Origin: Bacteroidales bacterium
GTDB lineage: Bacteria; Bacteroidota; Bacteroidia; Bacteroidales; NBLH01
Reading direction: 5' to 3'
Length of the DNA stretch: 64,000 nucleotides
Assembly: GCA_050291445.1 (NCBI GenBank)
Contig: JBNKJW010000052.1
Coordinates: forward strand, 1,430 to 65,429
Shown here: positions 57,163 through 64,000 of the stretch, piece after piece
How positions within the stretch are numbered: the stretch's first letter is position 1
Layout of the letters: each line of letters opens with the position of its first letter
Position numbers and translations under genes: made by a program
The notes under the pieces: model-generated
What the model was told of the DNA's origin: nothing
Seen by the model: only the letters and a program-made list of their open reading frames with translations
Databases searched by the model: none

Positions 57163-59652
57163 ATGCACTTTAAGAATAGAGCCAAACTATTGCTTCTTAG
57201 CCTTGTAACTACAATTATATCAATGCAATTTTCCTTTGCACAACAACCTACAGTTGTTAAAGGAATTGTTAAAGACGCAGAAAACGACGAAATCCTGCCC
57301 TTATCAAATATTTTCTTTAAAGGAACCATCATTGGTGGCTATTCAGAGCTTGATGGTACTTTCCATCTTGAAACCATTGAAGATGTAGACACACTGGTTA
57401 TCAAACAAATAGGATACAGAGACTATGAGTTTGCAATAAGAAAAAACGAGGTAAACGAATTAACTGTTTTAATGGAATCAGATGAAATTCAATTGGGCGA
57501 AATTATTGTTTTACCTGGTGAAAACCCTGCACATCCTATCATCCGAAACATTATAAAAAATAAGAAAAAGAACAATCCGGAAAACTTTCCCAACTATTCC
57601 TGCGAAACTTATACCCGCTTATCAGCTGGAATCAGTAATTTGAAAGATGAAAATGAAAGAAAAACGATATTAAGCAGGATTGGCAAAAACCTACCGAGCA
57701 TTACGGACAGTACCGGAAAAAAATACATTCCGCTTTTTGTAACCGAACAGCTGGCAGCAACAAGCCATCAGGAAGGAGGTGATGAAAATAAGGTGAAAAT
57801 CCTTTCAGAAAAAACAAATGGGATAAGTGTATCACAAGATCTGCAAATAGATGGCTATACGGATGCATTAAGTGCCGCCACCAACTTCTACAACAACAAA
57901 ATGGTTTTGCTAAACAAAGCATTTATCAGCCCTATTTCAACTTCGGGCTTTATGCACTACAAATACTACCTCGAAGACAGCGTTAAAATTGGCGATAAAT
58001 GGGAGTACCGAATACGGTTTAAACCCAAAAGAAAAAAAGATTATGCCTTTACCGGCGAGTTAAAGGTGTTGGAAGATAGCTGGGCATTGACAAAAATTGA
58101 TGTAAAAATGCCCAAAAACACCAATGTAAACTTTTTAAATGACTTTGAAATTAGTTATGACTTTGAAGCCGTTGATGACTCTATTTACTTCTTTAAAACA
58201 AACACCATAAAGGCGAATTTTGAATACAACAAGTCTGAAAATAAGGATAAACCAGTGATTGGGCTTGAAAAAACGACCTTTTACAAAAAAATTGAAATTA
58301 CACCAGTTAAAAATACTGATAGTGTTGAAGTAAAAGAAGCCGAAATTCCTCGCGAAACACTTGATCTGGTACTCGAAAAGTACCGTTTGGAAAGTGCTTC
58401 ATTAAAAAGCTCGGAAATGGATCAGGTAATTGATTCTATCAATGATATTTGGTGGGTAAACCAGCTGGATAAAATAACAAGCATGTTCCTGACAGGATAC
58501 TATAACATAGGCAAAATTGAAATAGGTCCGTACCTTGATATGATGAAAAAAAATAAAGTGGAAGATACCCGCATTATTTTAACCGGACGGACTGCAGAAT
58601 CGTTTAGCGAAAACTTTTTTATTGCAGCAAAAGTGGGCTATGGAACACGTGATAAGGAATTTAAGTACGGTGGCGACATTCACTATAAGTTTAACACTCA
58701 CCTTAGGCAGGTTATTGGTATGGGCTATGAGCATAATATGACAGGAATTGGTCATAATCAGCGCATTAAACTCATTAAAGAAAACATGCTGGCTACCGGG
58801 CAGGATAACTGGATTGCCCATGTAATTAACCGAAAAGAAAATGACAAGGTGGCCATGCGCAACCAGGCATTTATCTATACCGAAAATGAAATCTACAAAG
58901 GTTTAATAAGCAGTATCAGGGTAAATTATGAGCGGTATTTTTCAGGTGAATTTGTCCCATTTATGTTAAATGATACTAAAATACCCTATTTTGATAACTA
59001 TTCAGCAACTTTAGGCTTGCGTTTTTCATTCAGGGAAAAAACTGCGGACAAATTCTTTAGAAGATATTACCTGGGCAGTAAAGCCCCTGTAATTAACCTG
59101 TTGGCCACTGCTGGCTGGCACAGCATTGACAGTGTGAACAGCGAATACCTAAAACTTCACATGACCCTGAAACACAATTTCAACATTGGAATAACTCATT
59201 TTCAATATGTTATAGAGGCAGGTCAAATATTTGGCGATATGCCATTTCCATTGCTCGAAAACCATCGAGGTAATGAATCATACGGCTATTCGCGCTACAA
59301 ATTTAACATGCTGGACAACCTTACTTTAGCCAGCGATCAATACGTGAGCCTAATGACCGAATGGCACTTAAACGGGATGATTTTTAACCGACTTCCGTTA
59401 ATTCGAAAAGCAAACTTTCGCGAAGTGCTTTCAGCCAAGGTTTTGTATGGAAAACTTAGTTCAAACCACAACAACATTTTAATGCTCCCCGAAAGCCTGG
59501 GTAGTATTGATGAGCCCTATGTTGAATTAGGAGCTGGTATTGAAAACATCTTTAAGCTTTTCAGGGTGGAGGCAGTCTGGAGGGTTCAACCCGTTGAAAT
59601 GGTTAATGCATTGGACTTTGGAGTTCGTATAGGAATGAATATAACTTTTTAA
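57163..59652 (+). CDS. CarboxypepD_reg plus DUF5686-like outer-membrane-associated protein
   Basis: The signal peptide is followed by VVKGIVKDAENDEILPLSNIFFKGTIIGGYSELDGTFHLE (carboxypeptidase-regulatory-like fold). The roughly 830-aa length and beta-rich C-terminus ending ...RIGMNITF are typical of this Bacteroidota family. Confidence 0.75.
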   Translation: MHFKNRAKLLLLSLVTTIISMQFSFAQQPTVVKGIVKDAENDEILPLSNIFFKGTIIGGYSELDGTFHLETIEDVDTLVIKQIGYRDYEFAIRKNEVNELTVLMESDEIQLGEIIVLPGENPAHPIIRNIIKNKKKNNPENFPNYSCETYTRLSAGISNLKDENERKTILSRIGKNLPSITDSTGKKYIPLFVTEQLAATSHQEGGDENKVKILSEKTNGISVSQDLQIDGYTDALSAATNFYNNKMVLLNKAFISPISTSGFMHYKYYLEDSVKIGDKWEYRIRFKPKRKKDYAFTGELKVLEDSWALTKIDVKMPKNTNVNFLNDFEISYDFEAVDDSIYFFKTNTIKANFEYNKSENKDKPVIGLEKTTFYKKIEITPVKNTDSVEVKEAEIPRETLDLVLEKYRLESASLKSSEMDQVIDSINDIWWVNQLDKITSMFLTGYYNIGKIEIGPYLDMMKKNKVEDTRIILTGRTAESFSENFFIAAKVGYGTRDKEFKYGGDIHYKFNTHLRQVIGMGYEHNMTGIGHNQRIKLIKENMLATGQDNWIAHVINRKENDKVAMRNQAFIYTENEIYKGLISSIRVNYERYFSGEFVPFMLNDTKIPYFDNYSATLGLRFSFREKTADKFFRRYYLGSKAPVINLLATAGWHSIDSVNSEYLKLHMTLKHNFNIGITHFQYVIEAGQIFGDMPFPLLENHRGNESYGYSRYKFNMLDNLTLASDQYVSLMTEWHLNGMIFNRLPLIRKANFREVLSAKVLYGKLSSNHNNILMLPESLGSIDEPYVELGAGIENIFKLFRVEAVWRVQPVEMVNALDFGVRIGMNITF

Positions 59653-60349
59653 TAATCAGGATTTTATGTGTAACTACCATGAAAATCAACACATATTAAA
59701 CCATTTGTTTAACTATAACACCCCTATCATCTACTTGTTAACACTCTAATAATCAGTGTGTTGAAAGCAAGTTTTTAGTAAATGTAAAGTTTGATTAACA
59801 TGATATTTTACTGGAAACTGAATTTATAAAAGCAAGATGTTGGTATAAAAAGGCCTACGTTTAATTGCAGCGACTGTGTACTTCAAAAACTCTTTAAAAA
59901 TATTACCTGCTTTGAGAACTAATATTTTTTAGTGCTGACGCATCAATAGTTGGCCAACAGAAAATTCGTGAACCAATCACTCAAAAAACACATAATAAAA
60001 GCCTGTAATTTAATCAATTACATGCTATTACTTTTTTTTATTCGATAATTTTAGTTTGTGATTAATCTCCTTCTTATTTAATCTCAACTTCTAACAAAAT
60101 AAATCATTTTTTTACTTTGTGTACAAAAAGAAACCCAAGTAAGGGAGAGCGTGTCAAGGCAAAAGATAAATTTCATCCTATTTGATGTATATTTTAACCT
60201 TAACAGCCTTTAACATATGTGTTAAATTTTGTAATTACCACACTCATACTAGTTGAGCATTAACTAGTTAGTCTTGTTTTTTTTTATTTTTATCATTTTA
60301 TATCTAAAATTGGTAAAACCTTAACACTATTTATGCCCAAAATATTTAT

Positions 60350-60357
60350 TATGTTTG
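60350..60357 (+). promoter_or_regulatory. candidate -7 promoter box (TAnnTTTG)
   Basis: TATGTTTG lies 24 nt upstream of the GTG start at 60382. Confidence 0.25.
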
Positions 60358-60381
60358 TAGTAAACCTATAATAATTATTGC

Positions 60382-61146
60382 GTGAATAACTCTAAGATAG
60401 CATTTTTTGTAATGGTAATGCTGATTGGTGCCACCACACTAAAATCGCAAGTAACAAATGAAAATACAAAAGTACGGTATTATCGGGGCCGCGTTGTAAA
60501 TGAACAAAACAAACCACTGGTTTTTGCCCATGTAATAAATTTTAAAAGAGGTTATGCAACAATTACCGATTCAACAGGTTATTTTAAACTTCCGGCTGTA
60601 TACGATGATTCATTAAAGTTTTCTTCTATTGGCTATCATACCAGGTATATAAAAATTACTTCAACAACTAAAGATACAGCCTTTCATATTGTTCAACTTG
60701 AAAAGCGCGAGTACGATTTGCCAACAGTAAACATTTATGAACTAAGGTGGCAGGTTTTCAAATCAGAATTCATGGAAGAAGAAGTTGTAGAAGATAAAAT
60801 TGCTAAAAACATCAAAAACTGGATGGCTAACATGGTTTCGGTTGAAGAGTTAAAGATGATTTACCAGTCGACAATGGCTCCGGGTTTTGCGTTAAATTTC
60901 AAAGGAAAAGCCCAAAAGCAAAGAAGAAAAGTAGCCAAGCTGGAAAAAAAATACAAACTAATTGCCCCCAAATTTAACGATAAAATGATTAAGGCGCTAA
61001 CTGGCCTTGAGGGTGATGCAATTTATGATTTTCTGCGGTTCTGCAATTTCGAAGAAAACTTTCTTATACATTCTACCGAATATGAAATTATGGAACGAGT
61101 ATTGGAGTTTTGGGAATTGTATAAAAAACAGGGGCTTGATAAATAG
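60382..61146 (+). CDS. carboxypeptidase-regulatory-like domain protein
   Basis: GTG start and signal peptide, then YYRGRVVNEQNKPLVFAHVINFKRGYATITDSTGYFKLP (CarboxypepD_reg pattern). Confidence 0.6.
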   Translation: MNNSKIAFFVMVMLIGATTLKSQVTNENTKVRYYRGRVVNEQNKPLVFAHVINFKRGYATITDSTGYFKLPAVYDDSLKFSSIGYHTRYIKITSTTKDTAFHIVQLEKREYDLPTVNIYELRWQVFKSEFMEEEVVEDKIAKNIKNWMANMVSVEELKMIYQSTMAPGFALNFKGKAQKQRRKVAKLEKKYKLIAPKFNDKMIKALTGLEGDAIYDFLRFCNFEENFLIHSTEYEIMERVLEFWELYKKQGLDK

Positions 61147-61268
61147 TGAGGTTTGAGATCTGTAGGCAGTAATCGGTATTCAACAATGGTGCCTGAGCCT
61201 GTCGTTTAAGACAATATCCCAACAATGCAACTGCCTAATAGATAGTAGATTATAATTAGCAACCAACT

Positions 61269-62363
61269 TTACCAATCAATATTTCTTTCTATATACCTTA
61301 TAAGCTTGTTTGCTAAATCCTGTTGTTCTTTTACTTTGGGATGCCCGCCGCAATTAACATAGGGTACAAAAAAAGTATAAACCTTAGAATCGTTAACCAC
61401 CCTGACAGCCTTTTTTACATAACCAGGCCAGGGAGAACCCTCTTTAGTAATACTCATATTACCAAGCATACATATAATGCTTGCTGCCGGATATTTATCT
61501 CTAAGTGCTTCAATAAACCGGGCATACGAAGCAACAATAAAATCCTCATCAATTACATAGCCCCTACTAAATCGTTTCTGATACTCTTTTCTGTGTGGCA
61601 ATTGCAACATCCACGAATCATTCTGAAGTAAATTAACCACCACTATATCAGCCTGATACAAATTAAAATTCCAACGAGAGTTGCTATCATGCGGGTTTAC
61701 CCTGTTATAAATTTCGGGCATAATCTGAGGCACAAAACCGGCCATTACTCCTATCCCACTTCGCGCAATGTAATGACATTCGGCATCAAAATGCCTGGCC
61801 ACAATGGCAGCATAAGTTTTATAATTGTTTGTAAAAGTTCCACCCGACCGGTCTTTTCCAGTAGTATCTTCAATAGCATAACCAGCAGTTATTGAATTTC
61901 CATAGAACTCTATTTTGCGTTGTTTTCTATTTGGTGGATTTAAGATTTCGGCACCTTTGTCCAGTTTAAACCCATAAAACAAGGTGGTTCCCCTGTTCCA
62001 TTCAGTTCGCTTGTAAATTTTCAGGTTGTGCTCACCATCCTCCAGGCTATCAGCCAGTGTGTATTCGGCAAAAACAGTATCAGGACGCATTATCCAAAAA
62101 CTACGATTATCTAAAATAACATTGTAGTAATTTTTGCCTTTTGTATCCTGAAAAATAGCCCTTAGCCTTTTTCCCTTGAAATTAATTTCTATTTGCGATC
62201 CGGGCCAGTATATTTCGGCAACAGTATCTTTTATTCCTATACGGCCTTCGTAACGGATTTTTTGATTGTTTGGGTAAATAAATGTGGGGAGTATTCTTTG
62301 CTCCTGGCAAGATAAACTACAGATAATTAGTAAATTAAGAAAGATAATAAAATGAGACTTCAT
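61269..62363 (-). CDS. SGNH/GDSL hydrolase-family esterase with N-terminal beta-sandwich (CE2-like layout), lipoprotein
   Basis: Lipobox (LIICSLSC). SGNH blocks FYGNSITAGY (Ser), VVVNLLQNDS (Asn) and a late GGHP (His). Confidence 0.75.
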   Translation of the reverse strand: MKSHFIIFLNLLIICSLSCQEQRILPTFIYPNNQKIRYEGRIGIKDTVAEIYWPGSQIEINFKGKRLRAIFQDTKGKNYYNVILDNRSFWIMRPDTVFAEYTLADSLEDGEHNLKIYKRTEWNRGTTLFYGFKLDKGAEILNPPNRKQRKIEFYGNSITAGYAIEDTTGKDRSGGTFTNNYKTYAAIVARHFDAECHYIARSGIGVMAGFVPQIMPEIYNRVNPHDSNSRWNFNLYQADIVVVNLLQNDSWMLQLPHRKEYQKRFSRGYVIDEDFIVASYARFIEALRDKYPAASIICMLGNMSITKEGSPWPGYVKKAVRVVNDSKVYTFFVPYVNCGGHPKVKEQQDLANKLIRYIERNIDW

Positions 62364-62436
62364 AAATTTCTGTGCCTAAAACCAAAGGCAAGAATAAAAA
62401 ATATTAAACGTTAAACCAAATTGTTTTTTCAACGGA

Positions 62437-64000
62437 TCATCCTCCTTCCTCTTCCTCTTCTTCATATTCAACTCCTTCCTCCTCTTCTTCTTCCTCGTAT
62501 TTAATTTCTTCTACCTTAGTTTCCTTCTTTTTCTCAAGTTTTTTCTTTTTCTCAGCTTCTTTTTTCTTCAGTTCTTCAGGTGTTAGTTTTTTCTCGTCGT
62601 TTTTTTTATTTATCTCATTCGTTTTCTTTGTACCCTCTGTCTTTTGTTTTATTTCCTCTGTTTTTATTTCAGTTTCTCCCGTTTCAAGTTCACCTTCTTC
62701 GTTAATTTCTTCTACTTTAAGCAAAACTTCGCCTTCTTCTTCCTCTTCTTCTAGCAGAAACCTTTCCTCCTCTTCTGTTTCAGTCTCCATTTGTTCCGGT
62801 TTAACATCTTTTTGGATGGAGTAGTTATCAAGATTAATATCACTTTTAGTATCTCCTTCCTCAAGACGCTTTTTCATTTCGTTAACAAAATTGTCTTTTG
62901 CCCGCTCAGTTGCCGGAAAAAACATAAATGGTGTGCTTTCTTCTTTGTTTGGCGATTTCCTTTCTTTGTCTTTTAAATCCACCACATGGTCGTTATAATC
63001 ATCTGAAGATGAGACAGTTTTAAGCGTTCCTCGAGTGTAAGTAAAATAAAACCAGGTAGTTGGATTAATTTCAAGATAGATGTTTATGATATCACCTCCC
63101 CTGGCCTTTTTTATTTCAATAAACCCATCAACATACTTAATTACCTGGTTATTTTTAAGGTTTCCTACTCCAATTTTTCCATCCGAAATCCAGGCTTTGC
63201 GGGCATAGTTCCATTTTAAAGTAACCTGCGAAAAAAACAAGGTTTTGTTCATTTCTTCGGGAACAGAATTAAAGCCGCCTATTAGCCCAAAATTTTTATT
63301 GTATTTCTGAGCCCGTTTATGCCCAACCAGTTCCTTAAAAGCAAGCTGGTAATCTTTTGAAGTTAAATCGACTGGTGGCAACGAATAGGCCTCGTTAAAG
63401 GTGGAAGCCATTGAGTTAAGCGCTGCATCATTAAAAAAGAAATCAACTCCCAGCATTACATTCAATCTGGTTGTCCATGAATCAAGGTTTTGCCTGACAG
63501 CACCAACAGGGGTAACTTTTACCTGCCCTAAATCAACACCCAGGTCCATTTTTCCTTCGCCCATTACCAGGCAAAGTTTTTTATGAAAACTCAGGTAATC
63601 ACCTTCTACATTGTGATCGACAAATTTTGCAGAGTCAGTAATTTCAAAGTATCCGGTGGTATCATTATAATACAGATATCCTTTTGAAGTTAAAACCGGT
63701 TTATCAGAAAAGCGTTGTTTTGTGGTTAAAAAGCTGGTGTAAACACCTATTGAATCATTAGTTACATACATACTGCTTTGCAACTTACGCAGTTCATTAT
63801 CTCTAAGCTGATCTTCAAGCGGTATAATAATACTATCCGGATTTATGGTAGTAGCAAATTTTAACCAATAGCTTTGCATCCGAGCCTTACATTGGTGTTG
63901 AATTTGAGTATACCCATCAAAATCGATGTCTTTTTGATCTGATTTTATTCGGGTTTTTCCAAAATATGCAAATTCGGGTCCCAATTTAAAATAATCTTTT
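62437..64000 (-). CDS. hypothetical protein, C-terminal part (5' end outside window) with extreme Glu/Lys-rich tail
   Basis: The reading frame stays open to base 64000 beyond the TTG used by the ORF track. The last 150 aa or so are E/K low-complexity, ending EEEEEEEGVEYEEEEEEGG. Confidence 0.7.
   Translation of the reverse strand, partial: KDYFKLGPEFAYFGKTRIKSDQKDIDFDGYTQIQHQCKARMQSYWLKFATTINPDSIIIPLEDQLRDNELRKLQSSMYVTNDSIGVYTSFLTTKQRFSDKPVLTSKGYLYYNDTTGYFEITDSAKFVDHNVEGDYLSFHKKLCLVMGEGKMDLGVDLGQVKVTPVGAVRQNLDSWTTRLNVMLGVDFFFNDAALNSMASTFNEAYSLPPVDLTSKDYQLAFKELVGHKRAQKYNKNFGLIGGFNSVPEEMNKTLFFSQVTLKWNYARKAWISDGKIGVGNLKNNQVIKYVDGFIEIKKARGGDIINIYLEINPTTWFYFTYTRGTLKTVSSSDDYNDHVVDLKDKERKSPNKEESTPFMFFPATERAKDNFVNEMKKRLEEGDTKSDINLDNYSIQKDVKPEQMETETEEEERFLLEEEEEEGEVLLKVEEINEEGELETGETEIKTEEIKQKTEGTKKTNEINKKNDEKKLTPEELKKKEAEKKKKLEKKKETKVEEIKYEEEEEEEGVEYEEEEEEGG

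Noticed and set aside
1-64000. Search for CRISPR arrays, tRNA/rRNA/tmRNA/RNase P, transposases, integrases, reverse transcriptases (DGR/retron), toxin-antitoxin pairs and known defence genes
   Set aside because: No regularly spaced direct repeats were seen. No tRNA T-arm (GGTTCGAATCC-like) or RNase P P4 (GAGGAAAGTCC-like) strings were seen. No protein has the corresponding catalytic motifs. The dispersed repeats are intergenic and single, not arrayed.

Overview
AT-rich chromosomal segment that looks like Bacteroidota: gldE-gldD gliding genes after ssb, a TonB-dependent receptor followed by a DUF4249 lipoprotein, CarboxypepD_reg proteins, many lipoproteins, and TAnnTTTG-type -7 boxes. I count about 52 credible protein-coding genes plus 2 probable pseudogenes. 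I saw no rRNA, tRNA, CRISPR array, transposase, integrase or phage genes. Recognisable content includes a DEAD-box helicase, a GH13 alpha-amylase, an ECF sigma / anti-sigma / beta-repeat triad, a C69 dipeptidase, an acyl-ACP thioesterase and an alpha-oxoamine synthase. A same-strand sulfur cluster runs VOC-cysH-cysD-cysN-SLC13 permease-cysQ-cysteate/threonine-synthase-like. Further genes are ssb-gldE-gldD, a PPTase with a GGGP-synthase-family gene, an S8 peptidase, a PafA-like phosphatase, a VWA protein and an OYE reductase. hydF and hydG are separated by two large tandem Cache-HAMP-GAF-PAS proteins that have no recognisable output domain. After these come a CPA-type antiporter, an aminotransferase and an SGNH esterase. 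I did not find a self-contained, obviously novel multi-gene system such as a defence island. The strongest leads are: (1) the output-less tandem sensors wedged between the [FeFe]-hydrogenase maturases; (2) a sulfate-to-sulfite-to-cysteate gene set lacking sulfite reductase, with a nearby alpha-oxoamine synthase, suggesting sulfonolipid precursor synthesis; (3) a modular MITE/REP-like repeat family with CTAG-bounded termini present in at least five intergenic copies, two of which are inverted and bracket about 20.5 kb; (4) several long gene-free gaps with structured or inverted-repeat-bounded sequence. All family assignments come from motif recognition by eye. No database search was run, and hairpin and repeat coordinates were hand-counted.
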